DNA from: Candidatus Magasanikiibacteriota bacterium
GTDB taxonomy: Bacteria > Patescibacteriota > Patescibacteriia > Magasanikbacterales > GWA2-37-8
NCBI GenBank assembly: GCA_016182085.1
Contig: JACOYB010000004.1
Coordinates: 147,923-211,922, forward strand
Direction: 5' to 3'
DNA: 64,000 nt
A program made the translations under genes and the position numbers. Below, piece by piece: positions 37,457 through 46,745 of this stretch. Each line of letters opens with the position of its first letter. Within the stretch, counting starts at the first letter, position 1. Below the pieces are notes generated by a model. It was given only the letters and a program-made list of their open reading frames with translations. It did no database searches and was not told the origin of the DNA.

Positions 37457-39187
37457 ATGAGTGATTTTCCTTCTATAAATAGTTTGCTTGGCCAGTCAAA
37501 GTCAAAACCTTCCGGAGCGGCTGCAAGTCCTGCGGGCGCCAGTCAAGATGCGGGCAAAAAGTTTGAGAAAAAAATTCATGAAATAGACCTTAAAGCCAAA
37601 GAAGAGTTGGTGGCAAAAAATGCCGCCAGTCTTGGTTTGGGGTATATAGATTTATCGGCTTTTCCCATTACCGCCGAAGCGCTTAAAACAATTTCCGAGA
37701 AAGATGCTACGGAACAAAAAGTAATTTGTTTTTTTAATGTTCCCGGAGAAATACGGCTGGGCTGCGTGGAGTATAATGACGCGATTAGCGAGCTTGCGTA
37801 CCAATTAGGAGAAAGCCACCATGCCAACACGCAAGCATATTTAATATCTGAAAATAGTTTGGCCAAAGCCATGAAGCTATATGCCAATTTGCCAGTCATT
37901 AAACCGGTAACCAAAGATATTAATATTACCGACGAGGAATTAGAAAAATTTAAATCCGGCGTTATAGATTTTAGAAGTTTAGAAGCTCAGTTTTTAAATG
38001 TTTCTATCAGTGATATTTTAACTTTAATAATTGCTTCGGCACTGAAGGTAGAATCATCCGATATTCATGTGGAAGCCGAGGAAAATGGCATCATGGTACG
38101 GTATCGTATCGATGGTATTTTGCATGACGTGGCCACCTTGCCCAAAGAACAGTGGAAAAAATTTGTTTCCCGCATAAAACTCTTGGCGGCGTTAAAAATA
38201 AATATTACGGATCGGCCGCAGGACGGCAGGGTAACATTAAAACTATCTTCAGGAAGTTTGGATGTGCGTGTTTCCACCATGCCGACTATTTACGGGGAAA
38301 GCGTGGTAATGAGAATCTTGCATAGCGGCAGCAAGGGCGTTACGTTTGATGAACTCGGGTTGCGCGGTGATGCGTATGCAAAATTGAAGAAAGAAGTAGA
38401 ACGACCAAATGGCATGATAATTACCACCGGTCCGACCGGTTCGGGCAAGACCACAACTATGTACGCCATTATGCGCACTCTCAATAAACCGGGGGTAAAA
38501 ATTATAACTTTGGAAGATCCGGTAGAAATTAAAATTGAAGGCATCAATCAAAGCCAGGTGGATGCCAGCCGCGATTATACTTTTGCCAAAGGTCTGCGCA
38601 GTTTGTTGCGCCAAGACCCGGATATTTGTTTAGTAGGTGAAATCAGAGATTTGGAAACAGCTGAAATCGCTATTCAAGCGGCCTTAACCGGACATTTAAT
38701 ATTATCTACCATTCATACCAACAGTGCTTCCGGTACTATTCCACGCTTCTTGTCTATGGGGGTAAAGCCATTTTTGTTGGCGCCGGCCTTGAATTCCGTA
38801 ATTGGTCAAAGACTGGTGCGAAAAATTTGCTCACATTGCCAGGAAGAAGATAGGCTAACGTCAGAACAAACAGAGCGCGTCATGAAAAATTTGGAAACAT
38901 TACCCGAAGCGGAAAAAAAGAACGTTGATTTTAAAAAGCTAAAATTTTTTAAAGGCAAAGGCTGTGAAGAGTGTAGTGGTTTGGGCTATAAGGGCAGAAT
39001 CGGAATCTATGAAATTTTCACCATGAACAAGGAAATTGAACAGGCAATTTTAGGCAGTCAGATTTCTGAGTATGCTATCCAGGAATTAGCCGTAAAAGGT
39101 GGTATGGTCACTATGGTGCAAGACGGCTTGCTAAAAGCCCTGGATAAAATTACAACCGTAGAAGAAGTCTTCAGGGTAATTGAATAA
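37457..39187 (+). CDS. Type II/IV secretion (type IV pilus) ATPase, GspE/PilB family
   Basis: N-terminal GSPII_E_N-like domain. Walker A GPTGSGKTTT. Asp and His boxes. C-terminal tetra-Cys motif CSHC...CEEC. Confidence 0.85.
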   Translation: MSDFPSINSLLGQSKSKPSGAAASPAGASQDAGKKFEKKIHEIDLKAKEELVAKNAASLGLGYIDLSAFPITAEALKTISEKDATEQKVICFFNVPGEIRLGCVEYNDAISELAYQLGESHHANTQAYLISENSLAKAMKLYANLPVIKPVTKDINITDEELEKFKSGVIDFRSLEAQFLNVSISDILTLIIASALKVESSDIHVEAEENGIMVRYRIDGILHDVATLPKEQWKKFVSRIKLLAALKINITDRPQDGRVTLKLSSGSLDVRVSTMPTIYGESVVMRILHSGSKGVTFDELGLRGDAYAKLKKEVERPNGMIITTGPTGSGKTTTMYAIMRTLNKPGVKIITLEDPVEIKIEGINQSQVDASRDYTFAKGLRSLLRQDPDICLVGEIRDLETAEIAIQAALTGHLILSTIHTNSASGTIPRFLSMGVKPFLLAPALNSVIGQRLVRKICSHCQEEDRLTSEQTERVMKNLETLPEAEKKNVDFKKLKFFKGKGCEECSGLGYKGRIGIYEIFTMNKEIEQAILGSQISEYAIQELAVKGGMVTMVQDGLLKALDKITTVEEVFRVIE

Positions 39188-39219
39188 AATTCAAGCCAGA
39201 TTGATTATTTTTGCAAACA

Positions 39220-39279
39220 CCCTCTCGCCTCGCTGTGGCGGGCGAGGGGTTCAGATCTCGTCCCGACGCGAGTCGGGAC
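39220..39279. repeat. Two GC-rich hairpins, the first sharing the CCCGCCACAGCG core of the GTCATTCCC repeat family
   Basis: CCCTCTCGCCTCGCTGTGGCGGGCGAGGGG (39220-39249) and GTCCCGACgcgaGTCGGGAC (39260-39279), between the pilB-like gene and recG. Confidence 0.6.
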
Positions 39280-39330
39280 TCCGATGTGTTGCCAAAATAA
39301 TCAATCCGGCTTTTTATTTTTCTTTACAGT

Positions 39331-41460
39331 TTGTTATACTTGTTTCATATGGATTTAACAACCCCTGTTTCAGAGCTCACTCGCGTAGGTAAAACCGCCA
39401 GTAAAATACTGGAATCTTTAGGTATAAAAAATATTAAGGATTTGCTGCATTATTTTCCGTTTCGGTATGAAGATTATCGCGCGATTGTAGATATATCGCA
39501 GTTGCGTGATGGGGAACTAGTTACGATTTGCGGACAGGTAGAGCTTATAGCCAACAAGCGAAGTTTTAAAACAAAAAGAGTCATTACTGAAGCTTTGGTA
39601 TCGGACAAAACGGGCAGCGTACGAGTCGTCTGGTTTAATCAGCCATTCATACTTAAAAGTATAAAAAGCGGCGACAGGGTTTATTTATCAGGAAAAGTGA
39701 AAGTCGATATGCTGGGCGCGCAACTGGTGAGTCCGGTCTATGAAAAATACAAAAAAGATACCACCCATACGGCAAGACTCGTGCCGATCTATCCGCTCAT
39801 ATACGGCTTAACTCAAAAACAAATTCGATTTTTAATCAGCCAGATTATTCCCCTGGCCGACACAATTGCTGATTGGTTGCCCAAAGATATTATAGAAGCC
39901 ATGGATTTGGTGCCGCTTGCAAATGCGCTGCGCGGCATACATTTTCCGGTAGATGAACACGATCTACAATTAAGCACAGACAGGTTAAAGTTTAACGAAT
40001 TATTTTTAGTGCAGATAAAATCGGAGCTTTCCAGGCAGGAAAAGGCTGCTTTGAAAGCGCCGGTTATAATGTTCCAAGAAGAAGAAATAAAAAAGTTTGT
40101 GGCATCTCTGCCGTTTATTTTAACCAAAACACAAAAAATTTCGGCTTGGGAAATTTTGCAGGATATTAGCAAGGTTAGTCCAATGAACCGCCTTATTTCC
40201 GGCGATGTTGGTTCCGGTAAAACGGTTGTGGCTGCCATGAGCATGTACAATGTTTTTTTAAATGGGTATCAGTCGGTGATGATGGCCCCAACTGAAATTT
40301 TGGCCTATCAGCATTATCAATCGCTTATTAGACTATTTAGCAATATTCCGATACGCATCGGGCTGCTTACCCGAAGCCAGAGTCAAAAAGTACACATAAC
40401 ACAATCCGGTAATGGAGAAGATGCTGCCGCAACCAAGAAAAAAATTATTAGTGATATAAAAAGCGGAGATGTTGATATTATGGTCGGTACTCACGCCCTG
40501 CTTTCTGAAAGTGTTAATTTTAAAAATTTGGGCCTGGTGATTGTTGATGAGCAGCATCGGTTTGGCGTGGAACAGAGAAAAGAAATAAAAAATAAAGCCA
40601 TTCGTTCAAAAGGCAAAGGCAAGTCGGCTCATTTTTTGAGCATGACAGCCACGCCTATTCCAAGATCGCTCGCCTTAATGGTGTATGGTGATTTGGATGT
40701 TTCCATAATTAGCGAGTTGCCGCCCGGACGAAAAAAAATAATTACTAAATTGGTTGAACCGCTTAGTCGTGATAAGGCCTATGGGTTTATTCGTGACCAG
40801 GTGAAGCAGGGAAGACAGGTATTTGTAGTCTGTCCTTTAATAGAGTCAGATTCTATGGCACAGTTCCCAAATAATAATTTGGAAAAGAAGAGTGTTTTAA
40901 GCGAATACGAAAAATTATCCAAACAGGTTTTTCCTGATCTGCGGGTGCAGTATTTGCACGGCAAACTGAAGGCAAAAGAAAAAGAAGAAATTATGGTTCG
41001 GTTTAAAGCGGGTGAGTTTGATATTTTGGCCACAACTTCGGTGATTGAAGTTGGTGTGGATGTTCCTAATGCCAGCGTAATGATGATAGAAGGCGCGGAA
41101 AGTTTTGGCCTGGCTCAGCTACATCAATTCCGCGGGCGGGTTGGCCGGTCAATTTATCAATCCTATTGTTTATTATTTACGTCCTCTGGTTCGGAAAAAT
41201 CACTGCAAAGGTTAAAATTTTTTGAAGGAGAGAATAATGGATTTAAGTTGGCGGAGAAAGATTTGGAAATTCGAGGGCCAGGCGAGGTATACGGTACGGA
41301 ACAAAGCGGAGAAATGAATTTGCGGCTCGCAAAACTCACCGATAGAGAATTGATTAAAAAGGCGCGTGACGCGGCCAAGGTTATAGTTTCGGATTTACAA
41401 AAATTTTCTTCAGTCCTGCAACAGGTAAGAGATTGGGAAGTTAAAACCCATTTGGAGTAA
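39331..41460 (+). CDS. recG: ATP-dependent DNA helicase RecG
   Basis: N-terminal wedge region (LLHYFPFRYEDY). SF2 helicase motifs GDVGSGKT, DEQHRFG and QLHQFRGRVGR. Alternative start MDLTTP at 39349. Confidence 0.9.
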   Translation: MLYLFHMDLTTPVSELTRVGKTASKILESLGIKNIKDLLHYFPFRYEDYRAIVDISQLRDGELVTICGQVELIANKRSFKTKRVITEALVSDKTGSVRVVWFNQPFILKSIKSGDRVYLSGKVKVDMLGAQLVSPVYEKYKKDTTHTARLVPIYPLIYGLTQKQIRFLISQIIPLADTIADWLPKDIIEAMDLVPLANALRGIHFPVDEHDLQLSTDRLKFNELFLVQIKSELSRQEKAALKAPVIMFQEEEIKKFVASLPFILTKTQKISAWEILQDISKVSPMNRLISGDVGSGKTVVAAMSMYNVFLNGYQSVMMAPTEILAYQHYQSLIRLFSNIPIRIGLLTRSQSQKVHITQSGNGEDAAATKKKIISDIKSGDVDIMVGTHALLSESVNFKNLGLVIVDEQHRFGVEQRKEIKNKAIRSKGKGKSAHFLSMTATPIPRSLALMVYGDLDVSIISELPPGRKKIITKLVEPLSRDKAYGFIRDQVKQGRQVFVVCPLIESDSMAQFPNNNLEKKSVLSEYEKLSKQVFPDLRVQYLHGKLKAKEKEEIMVRFKAGEFDILATTSVIEVGVDVPNASVMMIEGAESFGLAQLHQFRGRVGRSIYQSYCLLFTSSGSEKSLQRLKFFEGENNGFKLAEKDLEIRGPGEVYGTEQSGEMNLRLAKLTDRELIKKARDAAKVIVSDLQKFSSVLQQVRDWEVKTHLE

Positions 41461-41557
41461 AATGTAATAGGTAAGGCTGGAAGTGTTGACTCCTATTTTG
41501 TTTTTGTGTATCCTATTGTTGGCAAGGAAATTTTTTTGCCAAAGGAGCTCTTTCACA

Positions 41558-42175
41558 ATGACAAGTTCGAATATCCTTATGCCGACCGAAGCAGAAATCA
41601 GATGGTGGGTTTTGCATGTAACACAACATGCATATAACATCGAGTATTTTCTGCAAGAGTTAGGCCTTGGTAGCCAAGATCCGCAGCGACCGCATGATAT
41701 TGTTGGTTTGGGAAATAAGTTTGAGTGGGAAGTGATGTGCGGCTATGCCATACAGCGACGCGATAGAAGCCGGCAGTTTTTTGAGACACATGTACTGCCA
41801 TCTCTTAAACGGCATCGATGCCAGCATCATCATGTGATGTGGAATGAACCAAATGAGAGGGCTACGGTCGATGATATGAAGCTTGGTGCGGTCGATGCAG
41901 TCTGCTCACTACTTGAGCCTCGGGAGTATCAGGGAGGGGCGCATTCATTTGATCAAGTCTTGGCAATTGTGCCGCGCAATTCTATGCATAAGCAACCGTG
42001 GATAATCGAGCTCGTGTCAGAGATGCGTAAGTTGCCGATGCCTCCCATCGAGCGAATCGAATCTCTTAATGAGATACCGAATGTCGGAGTTTCAAGAAAC
42101 ACGCACGATATCGTGCGACAGCGTGTGGAAGAAACACGACGATACCTTAGGGATACATACGGAGCATGCGTTTGA
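41558..42175 (+). CDS. Hypothetical protein on GC-elevated cassette 5
   Basis: 205-aa ORF with AAAGGAG RBS. About 48-50% GC against about 40% flanks. Followed by bidirectional hairpin AAGGACTCcaatGAGTCCTT (42178-42205). Unusual His/Cys-rich segment KRHRCQHHHVMW. No recognisable domain. Confidence 0.5.
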   Translation: MTSSNILMPTEAEIRWWVLHVTQHAYNIEYFLQELGLGSQDPQRPHDIVGLGNKFEWEVMCGYAIQRRDRSRQFFETHVLPSLKRHRCQHHHVMWNEPNERATVDDMKLGAVDAVCSLLEPREYQGGAHSFDQVLAIVPRNSMHKQPWIIELVSEMRKLPMPPIERIESLNEIPNVGVSRNTHDIVRQRVEETRRYLRDTYGACV

Positions 42176-42212
42176 TTCTAAGGACTCCAATGAGTCCTTC
42201 TGCTTTTCCGGG

Positions 42213-43559
42213 CTATTTTAATATCTGCTCAACTACTTCTTTTACATTCTTTACCTGTGCAATTTTTAAATCAGAAGTTTTGACTATGTTTTGGGAAGAG
42301 GGAATAACGGCAAATTTAAATCCCATTTTTTTTATTTCATTTAATCTTTTTTCAGTTTGGGGCACAGGTCTGATTTCTCCTCCCAGTCCTACTTCTCCAA
42401 AAGAAGCGATTGTCTTAGAAATAGTTTTATTTTTTATAGCCGAGGCAAGAGCCAAAATTACTGCTAGATCTGCGGCCGGTTCTTCGGCTTGCAATCCGCC
42501 CACTACATTTAAGAATATATCGTAAGTTTCTAATGGTAAGCCTGCGCGTTTGGATAGTACGCCCACCAACACTTGTAAGCGGTTTAAATCAAATCCCGAG
42601 GCTCGGCGTTGCGGATAGCCAAAGTTGGTTTTGGTGACTAATGCTTGGATTTCTACCAGTACCGGCCGGCTGCCTTCCATAAGGCAAGTAACGGTAGAAC
42701 CCGGCACGGCATCTCCGCGTCCGGCCAAAAATATTTCCGAAGGGTTTTTGACTTCTTCTAGGCCATGGCTTTCCATAGAGAATACGCCGATTTCGTCGGT
42801 GGCGCCAAAACGATTTTTGGTGGTGCGTAAGATTCTAAATATATGATATTTATCTCCTTCCAAGTATAAAACCGCATCTACCAAATGTTCCAAAGTTTTG
42901 GGGCCGGCCACGCCGCCGTCTTTAGTTACTTGGCCGATAAGCACAATAACCTTGCCGCTTGTTTTGGCTAGATCTAGTAATTTGGTCGTGCAAGCTCGCA
43001 CCTGATTTATATTTCCAGCTTCACCTTCAACTTCAGATGCCTGTATAGTTTGAATTGAGTCTATGATTACTAATTTGCATTCCTTGTTCTGTTTTATAGT
43101 TTCAATAATATTTTCAACGGCTGTGGCATTGCCAAGCTTTAGTGTCGGCGCGGAGATGTTAAGGCGCTCGGCGCGCAACTTTATTTGTTCTACCGATTCT
43201 TCGCCAGATATATATAAAGAATGGGGGAGAATCGCGGCCAGCTGCAAGGCCAGTGTGGATTTACCGATACCCGGTTCGCCGCCGAGTAAAATAAGAGAAC
43301 CTGGTACCAGGCCCCCTCCCAGCACCCTATCTAGTTCGCCAATGTCCGTGGTTATTCGTTTAAATGCTTCTTTATTAATATTTTTTAAATCCGTAGTTTC
43401 AATTGGCGCGTAATTATTACTTGTATCTGTGTTTGATTTGGCAGGTTTTTGGCTTTGAATAATCGTACCCCATTTTCCACACTCCAAACATCGGCCAGTC
43501 CATTTTGCATACTGAGCATCGCAGTTGGAGCATGTGTACATGATAGAAGTTTTCGACAT
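42213..43559 (-). CDS. radA: DNA repair protein RadA/Sms
   Basis: Zinc ribbon CSNCDAQYAKWTGRCLECGKWG. RecA-like Walker A GEPGIGKST. KNRFG motif. C-terminal Lon-protease-like domain. The track ORF extends to 43616; likely start at MSKTS (about 43559). Confidence 0.9.
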   Translation of the reverse strand: MSKTSIMYTCSNCDAQYAKWTGRCLECGKWGTIIQSQKPAKSNTDTSNNYAPIETTDLKNINKEAFKRITTDIGELDRVLGGGLVPGSLILLGGEPGIGKSTLALQLAAILPHSLYISGEESVEQIKLRAERLNISAPTLKLGNATAVENIIETIKQNKECKLVIIDSIQTIQASEVEGEAGNINQVRACTTKLLDLAKTSGKVIVLIGQVTKDGGVAGPKTLEHLVDAVLYLEGDKYHIFRILRTTKNRFGATDEIGVFSMESHGLEEVKNPSEIFLAGRGDAVPGSTVTCLMEGSRPVLVEIQALVTKTNFGYPQRRASGFDLNRLQVLVGVLSKRAGLPLETYDIFLNVVGGLQAEEPAADLAVILALASAIKNKTISKTIASFGEVGLGGEIRPVPQTEKRLNEIKKMGFKFAVIPSSQNIVKTSDLKIAQVKNVKEVVEQILK

Positions 43560-43575
43560 AAGCGCAGGGCAGGGT

Positions 43576-44775
43576 TTATTTATGAATATAAATAAATGAT
43601 GGTTTTTTGATTTCAATTTTTCTTACGCAAGTGAGTGTTTTTGTGGCGTCGGAATAAAAACTACATCCTTGCACAGCCTGGTCATTTTGAGGGTTAAGAA
43701 TTTGATCTTTAGTCATTTTTACAATCGCGCTATTTATTTTTGGATTACCACCCGGATCGTTTATGTTAAATGTCTGGCCGCCATCACTGCTTCCGGTAAT
43801 AACCATATAATGACCCGAATAGGTCTTAAGTTTATTGTCTCCCGTATAACCAACGCAAGGGTGGCAATTAAAAATTATAGGGATATTTTGTGTCGCCAAA
43901 GTTAAAGCCCGATCTCTGTTTATGTATGGCTCAAATTTTAGATCGGACCATTGGCCTTGGCCCCAAGCTTTTTGTATCTTATCTGCACTTATCATGGCCC
44001 CCGTACATCCCAGTGAAAATTGAGCCGTATCAATAGGCGTAACGTCCTTTCCTAAATATTTTAGGATCATCGCCATTGAGGTCGGGCCGCAGCCTCTTTC
44101 TTTTATAGTAGCAAAACCTTTTGTGCACTTACTAGTATCAAAAGGCCATTGGGGCTCGTCGCCCGGTTTTAGTTTGGCCCACCTAGGATCATATTGTCCA
44201 AAATAAGGAACCTGTCCTGTTCCGGGAGCGTCGCTAACGTCGACCTCATCTTCATAAGAAGGAGAAACTTCCAGCTCCTGTCTTTCTACGATTTTAACCT
44301 TTAACGCGTTAAATTCAGTTGTAGCCGGATTTATATTATATAGAATTGCAAACGAGCCCCAGGCAATCAGCAGGCCTATTACCGCTTGGCCTATTTTTTT
44401 GTAGGCCGCATTTTTTTGTTCGCCGCCGCCTGATGTAGTAATTCGTACACCCTGTAAAATAATTGTAATTACGGCCACAATACTGACAATGGCAATGCCA
44501 AATTTGTATAAGGTGCCAATTAATTCCGGGATCCAGGGGATATAATAAAATGTGCCTGTTTCATCGCTGTTTGACACTACTCTGCTTAAGTTTAAGCCGG
44601 GAATATTAATTTCCAGTGTCGGCCTTTTTCCTTTTAAGTCAACTTCCCACCAAAGCAGGCTCGGTTGAGAATAGGTAGTAGCTTCGTTAGTCTGGGCATT
44701 TGCCGGGGGTACGCCCAACCAGAAGCTGAGAGCGAAGACAAATAAAAGAATTGTTTTGACGGATAACTTGGACAT
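43576..44775 (-). CDS. Secreted/membrane-anchored putative cysteine peptidase (C39-like/papain-fold) with N-terminal signal and two TM helices
   Basis: Signal peptide. Hydrophobic helices (GIAIVSIVAVITIIL, IGLLIAWGSFAILY). C-terminal domain with Q...GCGPTSMAMILKYLG Cys motif and ...YSGHYMVITG His motif typical of Peptidase_C39_2-like folds. Confidence 0.5.
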   Translation of the reverse strand: MSKLSVKTILLFVFALSFWLGVPPANAQTNEATTYSQPSLLWWEVDLKGKRPTLEINIPGLNLSRVVSNSDETGTFYYIPWIPELIGTLYKFGIAIVSIVAVITIILQGVRITTSGGGEQKNAAYKKIGQAVIGLLIAWGSFAILYNINPATTEFNALKVKIVERQELEVSPSYEDEVDVSDAPGTGQVPYFGQYDPRWAKLKPGDEPQWPFDTSKCTKGFATIKERGCGPTSMAMILKYLGKDVTPIDTAQFSLGCTGAMISADKIQKAWGQGQWSDLKFEPYINRDRALTLATQNIPIIFNCHPCVGYTGDNKLKTYSGHYMVITGSSDGGQTFNINDPGGNPKINSAIVKMTKDQILNPQNDQAVQGCSFYSDATKTLTCVRKIEIKKPSFIYIHK

Positions 44776-44792
44776 AATATTAAAACCACCTC

Positions 44793-45467
44793 TTATTTTT
44801 TGATAAAACTTTCTAGCATCTCACGCAGGTTAATATCAGCTTCGATATTGATAGCTTTGTTGTTTATAAAAATTGCCGGCAGGGATGGAATGCCCAAGTT
44901 TTTTGCCAGTTCTGTTCCTGCGGCCACAGCTTGTTTGGTTTGATCGCTTTGCAAGCATGTTTCCCAGGCCGCCATATTTAAATTCATTCCTTGGATGATT
45001 TTTTTGAGTGTAGATTCGGATATATTGCCGGTTCCCACCGTATCAACAAATTGCCAAAACTTTTTTTGATCTTGTTTAGCCACGCACCATCCGGCTTGAT
45101 GAGTTAAAGATGCGTCTTTAAATAACAGTCTTGGCTGTGGAGCGTCTTTCCAGATAAGGCGCATCTGTTGCGGATATTTAACAACCGCTTCTTTTATGGT
45201 CATATGGAATGATAGGCAGTCTTTACAGTTAAAGTCCATAAATTCAACTATGGTAATAGGCGCTCCCGGGTTGCCCAAAATTAAATCAGAATCAGAGGGG
45301 GGAATGAAAGTCGCATTTTCTGAAATCAGAGCCGTAGGGGTTTGATTAATGGTAATTTGTTTGCTGCGATTAATTTGTAAAAAAAATAAAAATCCGGCAA
45401 GAACTGTCATTGCTAAGAGTAAAATGTAAAATTTTTTATGATGCATATTTTTAGAGCTGCGATTCAA
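44793..45467 (-). CDS. DsbA/thioredoxin-like oxidoreductase
   Basis: N-terminal TM. CxxC active site in EFMDFNCKDC. Thioredoxin-fold length. Confidence 0.7.
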   Translation of the reverse strand: MNRSSKNMHHKKFYILLLAMTVLAGFLFFLQINRSKQITINQTPTALISENATFIPPSDSDLILGNPGAPITIVEFMDFNCKDCLSFHMTIKEAVVKYPQQMRLIWKDAPQPRLLFKDASLTHQAGWCVAKQDQKKFWQFVDTVGTGNISESTLKKIIQGMNLNMAAWETCLQSDQTKQAVAAGTELAKNLGIPSLPAIFINNKAINIEADINLREMLESFIKK

Positions 45468-46680
45468 ATACGCCCGTTTTATTTAAATCGGTAAAGACCA
45501 CTTTGTTATCACCGGCATCGTAGAAGATGTTGCTAATATTATAATTACCATCGAGAGCAATCGGTGTTTTAAGACCGGTTTTTAAATCTATCTTGAACAG
45601 ATCGTCGGAATTAAAGCTGGCTACCGATCTTGATAATCCGGCGCCAGTGGGCAGATCTCGCGGAACGGCGCAGAAAATAGTGTCATCATTGCTAAAGGAA
45701 CATTTATCCGCCCAAGTATTTAATTGCAACAGTCTGCGATTATTGCCAATGCCGTCTCCTTGGCTATCTACAAGCCATAATTCCGGTTTAAAGTCGCTGC
45801 GAGAACTGTATACGCTATATAATAATTTATTACCGGTTGTAGACCATTTCGGCAAAAATCCAGCTCCGTCTACGACAGTGGATTTGAAATTTTCTCCATT
45901 TAAACCAACAAACAACACTTCCCGTCTCTCTCCGCCCTGAGGAGCGCCGGTCTGAGAAAATGCCGCAACCTGCTGGTTGGGGGACCAGTCTACAATTACT
46001 TTATCAGAATTTTCTCCCATCGGTTCAATAAGTTTGGCGCCGGTGCCATCGCTATTTACGGTAATGAGCCAGCGATTTGTCGGGTCTAGGCCCAGGCTTT
46101 TGGCAGCAATTTGATTGCCGTCACCGGAAAAAGAAAATTCTTCCCAATGTTTGGGGAGCGTTACTTGTTTACTAGTATCAAAATTATAAACGATTTTGGA
46201 TTTATCAGGGTATTCTATGACGGCTTGGTTTTTATTTTTTGCCCAGGTAATTTTTTGAGCACTGTAAAATACCTGATTAGACAAAGTTTTAATTTCACCG
46301 GTCGGGGTGATTCTATAAAATTTTCCATCATTATTGTTGTAATAGCGAAAATCTCCGCCATTGCTCAGTGAAGGGTATGTCGCAGTTTCGGATAAAACCT
46401 GGTTGGTGGTTATTGGTTTGTAATAAGCCGGAGTGGTAGATTGAATAATGCCGGAAATTGGCAAAATTTCTCCGCCCGGGCCGGTTATGACACCCGTAGT
46501 GGTGGCTGGCCTGGTGCCGGATCCGGGGAGTTGTCCAGTGCTGGTTTCCGTAGTCGGGGGAGGGGTGATACCCGGACCTAGTTGGCCGGTACCTACAAAA
46601 AAGTAATAAAGACCATAAGCCATAAGACCGGCTATAGCCAGCAAACCCACAATTAAGGCGATTCTCTTGAGAAGAGACAT
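45451..46680 (-). CDS. Secreted beta-propeller protein (PD40/TolB-like repeats)
   Basis: N-terminal TM/signal, Pro/Thr-rich linker. Repeated ..SPDG/..DWSPN..VAF.. strands typical of PD40 propellers. Confidence 0.5.
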   Translation of the reverse strand: MSLLKRIALIVGLLAIAGLMAYGLYYFFVGTGQLGPGITPPPTTETSTGQLPGSGTRPATTTGVITGPGGEILPISGIIQSTTPAYYKPITTNQVLSETATYPSLSNGGDFRYYNNNDGKFYRITPTGEIKTLSNQVFYSAQKITWAKNKNQAVIEYPDKSKIVYNFDTSKQVTLPKHWEEFSFSGDGNQIAAKSLGLDPTNRWLITVNSDGTGAKLIEPMGENSDKVIVDWSPNQQVAAFSQTGAPQGGERREVLFVGLNGENFKSTVVDGAGFLPKWSTTGNKLLYSVYSSRSDFKPELWLVDSQGDGIGNNRRLLQLNTWADKCSFSNDDTIFCAVPRDLPTGAGLSRSVASFNSDDLFKIDLKTGLKTPIALDGNYNISNIFYDAGDNKVVFTDLNKTGVFESQL

Positions 46681-46745
46681 AGAATTCAGTTAAATCCTAA
46701 TGATAGGGAGACTATTAATAGTATATCATAAAATCAGCGGCGAAG

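Noticed and set aside
39180-39392. 70-aa ORF between pilB-like gene and recG
   Set aside because: - It consists largely of the two GC-rich hairpin repeats plus an AT-rich spacer.
- It was more plausibly non-coding repeat or terminator DNA.
41558-42175. HEPN-like Rx4-6H motif (RSRQFFETH) in the cassette-5 protein, suggesting a toxin RNase
   Set aside because: - A single short motif match in a 205-aa protein without supporting fold evidence.
- Too weak to call.
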